A DNA stretch of 62,828 nt, the filler included, from Rhabdomonas costata (Eukaryota): the NCBI GenBank assembly GCA_019059605.1. It is 50 parts of 50 records of this genome, joined end to end, with 100 filler letters (N's around TTAATTAATTAA, not from the genome) between each part and the next. Parts side by side here need not be neighbours in the genome. Positions count along the whole stretch, not along the records: positions 11,328 to 12,486 come from JAHMHO010025748.1; positions 12,587 to 13,745 come from JAHMHO010025749.1; positions 13,846 to 15,004 come from JAHMHO010025750.1; positions 15,105 to 16,263 come from JAHMHO010025751.1; positions 16,364 to 17,522 come from JAHMHO010025752.1; positions 17,623 to 18,785 come from JAHMHO010025753.1; positions 18,886 to 20,044 come from JAHMHO010025754.1; positions 20,145 to 21,303 come from JAHMHO010025755.1; 42 more parts are not named here. One strand, 5' to 3'. Every line of letters begins with the position of its first letter. The first letter of the stretch is position 1. Shown here in pieces: positions 11,975 through 23,812 of this stretch. A program made the translations under genes and the position numbers. A model generated the notes under the pieces. That model was not told the origin of the DNA, searched no databases, and saw only the letters and a program-made list of their open reading frames with translations.

Positions 11975-12410
11975 GTAGAGATCGGTTGTGTATCTCGGTG
12001 TTCGCGTCTAAAAGAAGGTTCGGGAGGACGGCATCAAGGTCATCCACAACACAGTGCATGATCGGGAGGGGTCATACCATCACCACATCGTGCGCTACCA
12101 AGACCACGCCACAGTCGCCCCACGAGAACAACTTGGAGGAGTCATTATGTGGCGTCTGGTGCATTGCCAGGAGACCTGTAGTCATATGGAGGACTTCAAG
12201 GAATCCGTGGCTACTGTCTTCCGGAATGCCATATGGCGGGGGTATCCGAAGCAAATGGTAGAGAAAGTCTGGATGCGCTTCCTCTTCCAGAGGTGGCACG
12301 CCGTCGATGTTTGTGTGAAGAAGCTTCGGATATGGTTCCCCAAGGTCTTGGCGTTCCTTCTCAGGACGGATGGCAAACCAGGTCCCGAGACGACAAAGCC
12401 AGCTCCATGA
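11975..12410 (+). mobile_element. Penelope-like retroelement RT C-terminal/thumb remnant
   Basis: SVVYLGVRV*KK...TVHDREGSYHHHIVRYQDHATVAPREQLGGVIMWRLVHCQETCSHMEDFKESVATVFRNAIWRGY resembles the PLE pattern FLD.x..YDKRxxF.F.IVxYP...SxxP....GVxxSxL.R....CS...DF.........L..RGY. One in-frame stop. Preceded by (TG)6 at 11963-11974. Confidence 0.65.
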
Positions 12411-12592
12411 TTGCAGGCCGCCGGCGGAAGCCGGTTTCTCCAGGTCTTTGGGGTCCCGCGCCCCACACCACCCAAACACACCAAACNNNNNNNNNNNNNN
12501 NNNNNNNNNNNNNNNNNNNNNNNNNNNNNNTTAATTAATTAANNNNNNNNNNNNNNNNNNNNNNNNNNNNNNNNNNNNNNNNNNNNTGTTGT

Positions 12593-12694
12593 TTGTTGAA
12601 TTTTAACATACTGGGTTTGGATTGAAACTTGCGAAATGTTTACACCACACATTCGCAAGTTTCAATCCAAACCCAGTATGTTAAAATTCAACAA
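12593..12694. repeat. Contig-start fold-back inverted repeat, 43-bp arms
   Basis: 12593-12635 is the reverse complement of 12652-12694. It lies at the contig start and is a probable amplification chimera. Confidence 0.9.
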
Positions 12695-13561
12695 GCAAGT
12701 GCTGCTAAGCTCACCGACCGGTCGGCATTCGTGCGCCTTGTGGTTCTGCAATTGCGCAACGGCTTCGGAGCCGGAAAAAAGTTGGCGTTGTGAATAAGCC
12801 TTGCAGCGTTCAAAAAAAGAACTCTGTGGGGAAAGATGCTGCAACATTTTTCTGTTGGAAGGGGAGCAAATATGCTGGAACGACCCCTTGTTTCAGAGGC
12901 GATCCGAGTTCTTCATTCGCGGGATGCACCTGCGTCCAGGCTGCGGTATCGTTTAGACAGTTATCGGGCTGCTGTCCTCCTCAAAGAAGATTCATTCCCT
13001 TCTTCCAAACCAGAGGATTGCCCCTCTTGCTCGCAAATGGCTTGTAAATTCTCAGTTCCCTGCTCTCGGCAGTTTTGATTGGTCACACTGCCATCTAGGC
13101 TGAATTGGGCCTCATCGTTCATCCGCAAGAATTTCTTAAGCAGGTGGCAGAACATCAGATGCTTCAACTTTCTGGGCCACTTCAGCTTTCCCATAACCAT
13201 GCTCTTCGCTGCACAGGGGTATGGGTGCAGTGAGTGCAGGGTCGCACTGGCCCACTTTCGCAATATTTTGTCACAGAGAAGTCCAGGCTGGAGCAAACTT
13301 ACAGTTTAGATGGTAGTGACCGAAGTGACCGTAGTGAAACTGTGATAGGACTTGGACCAACTGTCTTCGTTTGCTTTTACGTCCTGCAATCCTTCCGCGC
13401 CACCAAAAAACGTGCCATCAATGACGGGCTCCATGGCTGACATCCTGACGCCCCTGTGCTGCAATAACTGCAGCACTGCATCCTAACGAGTCGTCCTGTC
13501 GGTTTGGCCATGTGAGGCATTGTTAGCCAGTTATTAGTCATCGGTTAATAGGTATTGGTTA

Positions 13562-13742
13562 TTGTTCAAATGTTGACACATCAACCAGCAGACATAGAAT
13601 AACACAGAACGTGTGGGATGTATTCCCCACAGCAGGCACGCAAAGAATAGCTGGCTTTGTTTATATGCCTGCTGTGGGGAATACATCCCACACGTTCTGT
13701 GTTATTCTATGTCTGCTGGTTGATGTGTCAACATTTGAACAA
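13562..13742. repeat. Contig-end fold-back inverted repeat, 77-bp arms
   Basis: 13562-13638 is the reverse complement of 13666-13742. The contig ends at 13745. Confidence 0.92.
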
Positions 13743-13853
13743 CAANNNNNNNNNNNNNNNNNNNNNNNNNNNNNNNNNNNNNNNNNNNNTTAATTAATTA
13801 ANNNNNNNNNNNNNNNNNNNNNNNNNNNNNNNNNNNNNNNNNNNNGGTGTTTG

Positions 13854-13969
13854 GTGCGTGCCAGGGCTTTTTGTATCGAGAGGAGCCAGGACTCACTCAT
13901 TCACACAGACACACACACACTCACTCAGGAGCCCTGGCTCCTCTCGATACAAAAAGCCCTGGCACGCAC
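13854..13969. repeat. Contig-start fold-back inverted repeat, 37-bp arms
   Basis: 13854-13890 pairs with 13933-13969. The loop contains (CA)n. Confidence 0.9.
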
Positions 13970-16363
13970 GCAGACCCGCGCGAACACCTGCAAAACCATG
14001 AAAGCCTCGGGTTACCATCCCTGGCGCCGGGGCACCGGGGGAAGGTTCCGGGAAACCTACCAAAGGGGATGCTATCATGATGGAGGATAGAGAAGGGCAA
14101 ACCGTGCACCAGGCTCCGCCCCCACCCCCGGCAGTAACGGAGCAAGGGAACCTGCAGAGCACAATGCAACCAGGGGGTGGAACCACAAGTACCAAAGTGG
14201 TCAACTGGGGATGGAACTCGGCACGCCGAACGCCGAACGCCGAACCTCCCGCCCGTCTGCAGCTGCAGCAGCGATCAGATGGCCCCGCATAAAATGGAGG
14301 ACAGGATTTTTTTTGGAACCACGATCCACAGCGCATATAACATGCCACAACGAAATACTAAAAGCGTGAGGGGCGGCGCCGGGCTCAAAGCTTAATCACA
14401 CTGACAGATTCAACTTCCCGATCCAGCTTACCTCACCTGGCCTTCAAGTAACCATTCGAGCAACGTTATAGATACTGATGAATTGAGCGGTGGTCGTTTG
14501 GAGCCTATGACCTCAAGCTCTCTCGAAACGGTGTGGTCTGAATCGGTGCAAAGGCACATTGAAAAAATCTTGAAAAAAGTACTTTCGACTAAAGTGGCAC
14601 AACTTGGGTCCACCGAGACCGACGAAGAACCTCCAATCAAAAACCCCAAAACAGACGAGTGAGCCTCGAACCCCTCTCAGGGCAGATCTAGCCCGCCCTC
14701 TGCCGCGGGCCAGCGGGGCGGGTGAGCAGCAGTGGGGGCTCCGCTGCGTGTGGAGCCGCGGTGGCTCAGCACAAGGTACAGAGCCTCACCCTCGGGCGAC
14801 TCGTCCTTGGACGGCGCCGAGAATCCCGCGCAGAGCGAAGGCACCTTCGGAAGCTGAGGAAAAGTGGAGGTGCAATATTACAACAGTGCCCAAAAAAAAC
14901 ATCAGGAAATGCGCTGTGCGCGTGTGGTGGACGGCGGTGATCAGCCCAGCCACCGACCACTGGAACACCAGTTTTTTTTGGGGGGGGGGGATTTGAGACT
15001 TGGTNNNNNNNNNNNNNNNNNNNNNNNNNNNNNNNNNNNNNNNNNNNNTTAATTAATTAANNNNNNNNNNNNNNNNNNNNNNNNNNNNNNNNNNNNNNNN
15101 NNNNGTGGGTGTTTAAGGCCCAGTAGATTTCAGTCAGAGCAACCATGCTGGGTACTGCTTCACGAAAGAAAGCTCTTTCTTGGCGCGCCGACCCCTGCTG
15201 CCTCTATCGCAGAGGTTCTTTTAATGAAAGGGTGTGGTACACCAGACACCCCGTCAATCACTGTGTGAGTAGCGGTCGCAACTGTTGCCGCGGGTTTGAG
15301 GGTGATGTGCTTGTCTTCTGGGATTCCCAAAGAAGCTTTTGGACTCCAAGAGACAGATTGCAGGGTTTTAGTGGCGTTGCACGCGCCCCCTGTGATCGCA
15401 ATAGAACGTTTTTCCACGTGAAGGGCGGCAGGGGGCCGTCTAATCCAAACTAAGCTTAATACCCTCAAAACCCCCGCGGAAACTGCTCCCAGCGGTTTTC
15501 TGACTGCTCAGGTGGGACCCCGAAGAGCTTTTTGGCCTTTAGCTTTGTCTGTTTCCTGTCTGCTTGATTCGCCTTTCCGCCACTCCCCTGTTCCTTTCTC
15601 ACCCTCCGTCCTTTCGATTGTCCCGAAGAGGAAATGCACCAAGGCGAACAGCAAATAGTTCTGCCAATTTCCACCGGTTCTCGGTACAGGCTTGCAGCAG
15701 TGGAAATTGCGAACACATGATCACAATACCGGAATGTCTGTGCTTCTGCAAGACATCAGCACCAATCAAATTTCACTTAACAAAAGGATGTTTCAGGAGG
15801 TTAATTTGAACGGCAGATTTTCTTGAACTTCCAGGTGCAAGCCCGGCGAAGCGGAGAGTTCATCGACGGAAAAAACCAAATTCAGAATCCACCCGCGAAC
15901 GAGAAGTCGACAGCCAAAAAACTGTCAAGTTGGAGTGCGGTACTGAGCAGAGAGTTTCCCTTTGTGCATTCCTTATCCCCTTGTCCACGCCTTCTTGCCT
16001 TTGACACTCCGACTCCGCAAGCAGAAATGCTACGGTCTTCCTCGGAGATGGAACTGGCTCCCGTCCAGGAAGGCCCCGCAGCGGACCCTGGGCCCTCGGT
16101 GAGGCTGAGCCCTGCTCTCCGGTACGCTTTGGAAAAGGCATAGGGCGGGAGTGGCAGCCTGCTTTTCGACACCTGTTTCAGGAATCTCCAAAAATTCCGA
16201 TCCTACCTTTATAAATGACGTTATACACCGCATATTCAGAGTCTTATGCTCTCCCAACCCCCCNNNNNNNNNNNNNNNNNNNNNNNNNNNNNNNNNNNNN
16301 NNNNNNNTTAATTAATTAANNNNNNNNNNNNNNNNNNNNNNNNNNNNNNNNNNNNNNNNNNNN

Positions 16364-17522
16364 GGTGGGTGGTGGACTAACTACCCATCAACAAGCTGAC
16401 ACTGTTGGACAAGTACCCCTTCCACGCATCGACGAGATGCTTGATCAAGTTGGAGATAGATGCTTCTTCTCCAAGATTGACCTGCACTCTGGCTTCCACC
16501 AGATCCGGGTCCACCCAGACCACGTGGAGCGCACAGCCTTCAAAACAAAGTACGGCACCTTCGCCTATCAGGTCATGCCGTTAAAACTCTGCAATGTCCC
16601 AGCTACCTTCCAGATGACAATGAACTTTATGTTCAAAAAGATGAAGAAGTTCGCAGGAGCCTACATCGATGAAATATTGGTTTACACCAAGACTCTTGAG
16701 GAGCATTTGGCGGCGTTGAGGCAGGTGTACAACAAGCTTCGTGAGGAGCTCTTCTTTGCGGGACACTAGAAGTGCACATGGGCGCAACCAGAGGTCGAGT
16801 ACTGCGGGTACATCCTCGGGAGAGCTGGAATCAGACCGCAGCCCCAGAAGCTCCTCTCCATCAGACATTGGCCAGTGCAAAAAGAAGTTACAGACGTCAG
16901 GAGCTTCCTGGGCCTCTGTGGGTTCTATCAGAGGTTCGTGGCAGACTTCGCCACTGTTGCAGAGCCCTTGACAGACCTGATGCAGAAGTGCCGCGAGTGG
17001 GCGTGGTTGCCAGAAATCAGCAAGCTTTTGAGTTGCTGAAGTCGCGCCTTCTCCAAGCACCAGTTTTCATTCACCCCGACATGAAGAAGCCTTTTCTCTT
17101 ACACACAGACGCGTCAGACGTGGGCATTGGTTCCACGCTGTCGCAGTTGGATTCGGATGGCGTGCCGAGGCTGGTAGCCTGCCGCTCGAGGAAGCTGAAC
17201 AAGGCGCAGAAGAATTACCCAGTGCATGAGAAGGAGATGCTCGGCTTGGTTGCGCGCTGGAGGATTGGAGGCACTATCTACTGGGATCAGAGTTACACAT
17301 CTACACCGATAACTCAGCTCTGCGGTACCTCCAAAACTCAGCTCGCCATTCCTCGCGTCAGGTGAGATGGCTGGAAAAGCTGCAGTTGTACATCCCGCTG
17401 AAAATTGCTCATATCCCTGGCAAAACTAACACTGCAGCTGACGCGTTGTCCCGCAGCCCGCTGTTGCGTGACGAAGAGTCCAGTTATCAAGAGAACACCG
17501 CGCTGAGAACGGCAGCTCCGTC
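16364..17522 (+). mobile_element. Ty3/gypsy LTR retrotransposon pol (RT-RNase H), degenerate
   Basis: PLPRIDEMLDQ, FSKIDLHSGFHQI, TAFKTKYG, YIDEIL (YxDD altered), stop at 16767-16769, then KCTWAQPEVEYCG, VRSFLGLCGFYQRFV, PFLLHTDASDVGIG, NYPVHEKE, WRHYLLG, TDN, HIPGKTNTAADALSR. Frameshifts near 17005 and 17255. Confidence 0.96.
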
Positions 17523-18886
17523 NNNNNNNNNNNNNNNNNNNNNNNNNNNNNNNNNNNNNNNNNNNNTTAATTAATTAANNNNNNNNNNNNNNNNNNNNNN
17601 NNNNNNNNNNNNNNNNNNNNNNCCGTGAACGCTATACTCTGGTAGAGGACCCTACATTGCGGTGGAGGTTGCTATAATTCCGGGCGGAAAGTCACTCCGA
17701 AATACACCGTCGGGAAACCTTACCCACCCCGGAGAGAGAAAAACAGCCACCTTAAACTGCTGCGAAAAAAAAAAGAAGAAGAAGCCCCGAGGCAACGCGC
17801 ACCGAGGAGGAAAAGAACAGAAAAAACTGGAGTACACTAGCAGGGGTGTCCGCCTGCTGCTCTTCGCTCTTCGTTGGCTTCAGAACGGGAAGGCTGGTAT
17901 CATTGAAACCTCAAAAACACGGACCAAAGTCATCACAGCAAAGTTGCAGCGGCCCAGGCTCAGACGAAGAAAGCACTTTGGTGGCAAAGCCGGGCAAGCC
18001 GGGGGGGGCGGAACTCACAGCAACTGTGGAAAGTGTTGGTGATGAACGTGGGGAAGGCACTGCTTTGTGCAGAAAACAAGCCAAACCTGCTGGAGGGGGG
18101 GGGGAGAAGGAAAAGAAAACAGGAATGACTGGAGGAAGGAGAAGGGCACCGAAACCTACCTTTTGAAAAAGTTTGCTTTGAATCTGCGGGGAAAAAACTG
18201 TCTTGTTTGCAAACCGCCTTTAACCAAGTCGGTGCAATTAGGTTCAAGTCAAAGCGTTTGCAACAAAGTTTGCGCTTTCCCCAGATGCCCTTTGAGGTAT
18301 GCGGTAACCTGCTTTGTCCGAAGGCGGCAGGCAGCAAGAGGACGAAAAGCACGAAAACAATTTTCATGATGTCGGAACGGACATCCTACCACTCATCATG
18401 CAGGGCGTTGTTGAAAAGGGAGGAAATGTTTTAACCGAAAGTCACCGCATTCGTCTGCTCAAAAGTTATGCAATTGTAGTGTCTGCTGTCCATTAACCAG
18501 AGGTGGTCGAAATATCAGTCGGGACCGTCCGGAATGCAGGCCAACGCCAACAGAGGCTGTACCCGCCACATACCTGCTGTTCAGGGATCAGGGGTTGCGC
18601 ACAGGCACGCACAGGCACAACTAGAGGCACGTTGTGTTGGGCTTTTTCAGCTTAAGATAGGGTTTTTGTGGGCGTTGTCCAAAATTCCAATTAGCTTTGA
18701 ACATAGCCTCCTCAAAACGACTTTTGCACAGTTTAACCTTAGACAAGAGAGCTGCCGCGAGGCGGCAACATGAATAACAACCACANNNNNNNNNNNNNNN
18801 NNNNNNNNNNNNNNNNNNNNNNNNNNNNNTTAATTAATTAANNNNNNNNNNNNNNNNNNNNNNNNNNNNNNNNNNNNNNNNNNNNG

Positions 18887-19532
18887 GCTCTCCGCACGGC
18901 CTACCGGGAAGCCTTCCACCGCTATGGAAAGGACATTCCCAGGCTCAGCCTCGTCCTGGAGCGGCCCATGGCCGAAGTGGTGGACTTCTACTACAAGTGT
19001 GGCTTGTGTGATGTTGCCTATCTAAAAAGCCACCGCCAATGACAGTTAGCTCAGTGCAGCGATTGGTGCAGTGATCGTGTGCAGTGATTAGCGATAATAT
19101 AGGGGTTGCGGGTATTCTGTCGATTTCCCCTTCACTGTAAATTATTGTGACAGCGTTTCCTTGCTCATCATAAACAAAAGTTTGAGCTTTAGTCTTCAGA
19201 TCCTGGCTCGCTCTCACCTCTAGCTGGTCCTTTTTCTACCAGTTTTCGAGGAAAGCAAGTCAACGTTAAGCAATGTTCAGAATGTTGCTGGAAGAAACTT
19301 CAATACTTGGCACGCATTGACGTACGCACAAACCACTCATTGCTCATTCCCACACAGGACCAAGAAGAAGCCCTTCATGGTACCGTCGACTGGGAAGGCA
19401 CCCGCTCATTGTGCCAAAGGACTGACGCCTTCGGCTGCCCGACCACCTCCTCCCGCGCGGAGGAACACTTCGGTGCCTGCCTGCGTCGCCTTTCACGAGC
19501 CCTGGTGCCACCACCGCAGGATCCCTGGTTAG
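18887..19532 (+). CDS. SANT/Myb-domain protein (NCoR/ELM2-SANT-like), two exons (18887-18996, 19358-19532), partial
   Basis: ALRTAYREAFHRYGKDIPRLSLVLERPMAEVVDFYY-K-TKKKPF joins in phase 2 across a GT-AG intron (18997-19357). Matches the SANT pattern FxxAxxxYGKDF..I......KxxxExVxFYYxxKK. Confidence 0.75.
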
Positions 19533-19713
19533 CCCTTTTGCTTGTGTTTCAATTGTTCCGATCATATGCTCCTCGCCATACCAAAGGTAAGAACTCAAAC
19601 AACGCACAAGGAAAAAGTCCCCTTTCGGGTTAATAGGCCGCTAAAAGAAGTGTTTGGTTTATGTTCCACTTATGTACAAATCCCACTTCTATGGTGGTAA
19701 AATAGTGGCATGC

Positions 19714-20035
19714 GCGTGTTTGGTGTCGTTAAGGTGGGACGACTCATCCTTCCAGTAAACCCGGAACACGGCATACACTGAGCATGTGGTCATGCGGTCA
19801 TGTGGCTGACATATGAGCCTCCTTTTTGTCAAGTCTCCACCTCTGACTTTTTGGGAGTTGAGTCTGCGCCAACGATCAAGACAACAGCATGTATTATTGT
19901 ATCCGTTGTGCTGCACTCGTCGCCATTTCCCTGACGTGCACATGGACGCTGCTCCTCACAGTGTCTGCGCTGTCCTTCGGAGACAAGGGTGCCCTGGAAG
20001 GATGAGTCGTCCCACCTTAACGACACCAAACACGC
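19714..20035. repeat. Contig-end inverted repeat, 42-bp arms, about 240-bp spacer
   Basis: 19714-19755 pairs with 19994-20035. The contig ends at 20044. Confidence 0.9.
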
Positions 20036-21588
20036 ACACACCACNNNNNNNNNNNNNNNNNNNNNNNNNNNNNNNNNNNNNNNNNNNNTTAATTAATTAA
20101 NNNNNNNNNNNNNNNNNNNNNNNNNNNNNNNNNNNNNNNNNNNNGAAGCTGGGGCGGGGGCTGCGAAGGACCCGAGCGAAGAGATAGGGTAGCAAGGCGC
20201 GACTCCATCCGCTGCAGGGTTTGGGCCAGCCAAGGAGGCGGGGCATCGGGCATGGATTGGTCGTCCATCAGGTGCGTGTGAGTGTTGTTGACAGATGTGA
20301 AGATATAAAATGGCTGTGAAAGACAACCGAAGTGCTTCATCTTGGGGAAAAGATTCAGGCCTTTGGAGAACTTACCTTTGTAACGTACATCATTCCGGTT
20401 GTCCAATCTTTTTTCGCTTTCTAACACACTAGATGACGTGACTTGCAAAAACGTTTCCAACAACCGTTGCCGCTCTGAAACAGGACATGGTTCTATTCCT
20501 TAGTTGAACTTTTTTCGCTGGTGGAGGCTCCGATTCTACCTCTGACAATTAGCGGCCTCCACGTGCCTTTATCTTCAACAGGTGCACATTCAGAGCCTAT
20601 CTATATCATTTTTCCAACTTTAGCTCAACATCTTGACCTTTAGCTCCACTTTACGTCTTTATCCTGGCTTGCAAAACTGCAGAAAACGTCTCCGCAATTC
20701 CAATAGCAAGACCAGAGCTCTTTGCAAGCGCTAACTGCGATATGCTCGTCCGCCCATTGACTGTTGCTGGTTGGCTTTCACTTCTTTACTCCGAAGCTCA
20801 TTTGAGGATGCGCTTGGTAACTTTAGCGGTGTGGTCCAAATTGGTGCGACCATTACCGCCAACTCTATTTTGGGTACTCCACTTTCCTTGGTGGTTCCAC
20901 TGCTGTAACTTGCCTTCTGTCGTACAGTTCATTTTTAACCAGTTCATAATCTCTGTAAACGTTTTGATGGAACCCAAAGTAAAACCATACCCGTTTAGGT
21001 TTCTCCGTGACCTTGCAAACTGCGAAGACACATCACAGCAACGTGTGGTTTTTTGGCGAATAACCTCGTCTTTTGGATAGCTGTGTATCCGCTGCCTTCC
21101 ACTTCTCGCTGGAGAAAGTGGCCTATATCATCAAAACGCTCACTACATATACTCTTTCACAACAAACTGCTCATCACTCCTACTAAACGTCGGTCTCCTC
21201 TCTGGAAAGGATGTTCTAGTTGCGTTTACCTACATCTCAGAGTGGTGCTATTGCTAGGACTCGGACTAGGACTGTGGCCACAAAAGTTGGTGGGTCTGAC
21301 ACCNNNNNNNNNNNNNNNNNNNNNNNNNNNNNNNNNNNNNNNNNNNNTTAATTAATTAANNNNNNNNNNNNNNNNNNNNNNNNNNNNNNNNNNNNNNNNN
21401 NNNTGTGGTTGTTAGAATGCAATGCCTTCTGCAGCACGGGCGTAGGCATTCTTCGTGGTCCTCTCGTTCCCTCTGTTTTCTCTCTGTTTTCTCTCTTTTT
21501 GAAAAGATCAGCCACATCTGAAAAACCGCTTGTTTGCATATCCCCTGCAAGACCTCACTGCCCATTCCGTTTCGTTTCATTATGTTAG

Positions 21589-21819
21589 GTCTACCTCAAC
21601 CGCAAACTGCACCACTTCGACCTCCAGCAGTGGATGCTATTCTGCACCCAATCTGGGGGTGGAGTCGGGGGTGGCGTCTCCCCTGCTACTCTGGGCGCAC
21701 CCCTTGCTGGGGGCTCTAGCTCCAGCTCTGCCTTGCTCTCGCCCGCCCCGGGGCTGTCCTCGTTGCTTTCGGACTCGCAGTTCCTGCCAAGCTTGTCTGG
21801 CGGCCGACCGTCGCGTTGA
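21589..21819 (+). CDS. Putative terminal exon, unknown protein with Gly/Ser-rich tail
   Basis: tatgttag acceptor, then VYLNRKLHHFDLQQWMLFCTQSGGGVGGG...GGRPSR-stop. No family recognised. Confidence 0.3.
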   Translation, partial: VYLNRKLHHFDLQQWMLFCTQSGGGVGGGVSPATLGAPLAGGSSSSSALLSPAPGLSSLLSDSQFLPSLSGGRPSR

Positions 21820-22462
21820 GAGTGAGTGGATGAGAGGGTGGGTGGGGGAGCCGGTGTTCGTAGGAGACGAGGGCAGGGCCACCTTTGTTTCTCCCCTTCC
21901 CCGCACGGCACGTTCGGAAACGGCGAGGTTGGTATAGGGCAAAAACTGCACCCTCCCAGAAATTTAAGTACAAGAATGAAGGCTGTTGCGTTTTCTCTCT
22001 CTTTTTGTTAGGGGTAGGGGGTGAACGTTTAGCACAGGGAAGGGTTACAGTGCGCGCACCCCACGTGATCGTAACATAACTGCACCAAAAAGGGAAAGTG
22101 TGGTTAAATGGTGCTTAACTACCATTTAACACCATTTGCGGTCGAAAATGATGGTGTCCCAAATCGATCCGCAATGTGCCAAAATTAATGGTGTGGCTTG
22201 TTTTCGCCCGTTCTTGGTCTGATTCTTCATCTCTGGGCACCTGCTGTACTACTGCGCCATGAAATGTGACAAGAAGAAATTTGCCATACCGGTTTAGTTC
22301 CAATACGCTTCCAGAACAAAGACCGTGTATCCCATCTGTTGTTGAAGCGGCTGGGAGGGTGAGAGCAAAGGACCTTCTGCCTGCAATGCCCGCCTTTTGG
22401 TGTGCACTGGGTGAGTGAGTGAGTGAGAGGGAGGCAGGGAACAGACTCTTCCCGTGGGTTTC

Positions 22463-22555
22463 GGGGATCGAAGGACCTCCTGTATACGGTGCCCGTGCGC
22501 TCGCCTGCCTGCGGCGCGCGCACGGGCACCGTATACAGGAGGTCCTTCGATCCCC
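22463..22555. repeat. Contig-end fold-back inverted repeat, 38-bp arms
   Basis: 22463-22500 pairs with 22518-22555. Confidence 0.9.
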
Positions 22556-22665
22556 AACCCCCNNNNNNNNNNNNNNNNNNNNNNNNNNNNNNNNNNNNNN
22601 NNNNNNTTAATTAATTAANNNNNNNNNNNNNNNNNNNNNNNNNNNNNNNNNNNNNNNNNNNNGGT

Positions 22666-22778
22666 TTTGGGGAACGACTCCAACTCTTCATCCCCATTTC
22701 AACGTGCAGGGTGCATGCTGCCGCAGCATGCACCCTGCACGTTGAAATGGGGATGAAGAGTTGGAGTCGTTCCCCAAA
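22666..22778. repeat. Contig-start perfect palindrome, 56-bp arms, 1-nt loop
   Basis: 22666-22721 pairs with 22723-22778. Confidence 0.92.
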
Positions 22779-23551
22779 TTCCACACTTCGGAAGCCCCTT
22801 TAAGCAGAGCAGTATAAATATCGAAATCTCACCTAGACATGAATCTCTCTGGGGAAATGAGGAGAGCACAAATTTGGGGTGCTGATGGGTACGAGGGCAG
22901 CTTTTTCGCTGTTGAATTGTATCCTATTTGTACAGTACGTGTGCTGGCGACGGTCGCATTGGCGACTGCAGGCAGGCAACTGCTGAAGCAGTTGGTTGCT
23001 GAGATTTGAGAACATGGAAGGTCTGGGTTCGGGCTCTTCAACTCTTGGTCAAAATTTGTATTCGGATTTCTCGAAAACCCGTCCCCCAAAGAAGCATTAG
23101 CACGTTTGTATTTTGATCTGCTGGGCAAACAACGAATACTGGCCCGCACACACACAAGCCCCAATGAGCGACGCGTTGTGAACTTTTTGGAGAACTGATG
23201 GTCCGGCCGAGTGCCTATGCATACCGCTGTTCAGCATGATCTTCTTATTGCCCGGATTCACTGCTTTATTCAGTTTCCCAAAAGCCTGTGTTTGCCTCAT
23301 CTTGCAGCGTTACTTTTTTGTGTGCGTTCTGCCTGAAAATGGTCAATGACCTGGTGTGGCCGTTCTCACGCGCCTCGGGCACATTCTCCACGATGGGTAC
23401 ATATTTCTGGAAAGGGAAGTGGCGGGGCAGCGAAGCAAAAAAATGTACTTGCTGGCATCCCTTCAAGCGTGATGTGTTTCCAAGAATAGAAGTAATATCA
23501 GACAAAGCCGCCACGGTTGGGGTTCCTTGGTTGGGTGAATGGAGTTTGTCA

Positions 23552-23812
23552 TACTTTTGCTGTTGTGATGGTAGGTGTCTTTTTGATCGGTAAAACAGTG
23601 TGACTACGACAGACTGCACTTCTTTTTCAGCAGAATCAGTCCCTCAGAGTGGTCTTCATTTTGCCACGATGGGCGTGCCTTCCCAGCTTTCTCCTTTGCT
23701 CCCCTCCGTGGGCCTGCCTTTTGTTCGTTTGTCTTCGCCGTTCCTGGTGCGTTTGTTGTGTCACACTGTTTTACCGATCAAAAAGACACCTACCATCACA
23801 ACAGCAAAAGTA
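23552..23812. repeat. Contig-end inverted repeat, 53-bp arms
   Basis: 23552-23604 pairs with 23760-23812. The contig ends at 23821. Confidence 0.9.

Noticed and set aside
17960..18367. ORF with a signal-peptide-like start (MKIVFVLFVLLLPAAFG)
   Set aside because: No recognisable domain or splice structure, and the downstream sequence is low-complexity. It could be chance.
20950..21215. Possible further Penelope-like thumb relic on the minus strand (GVMSSLL*KSICSERFDD...GY)
   Set aside because: Too degenerate to call by eye. It needs a frameshift-aware profile search.
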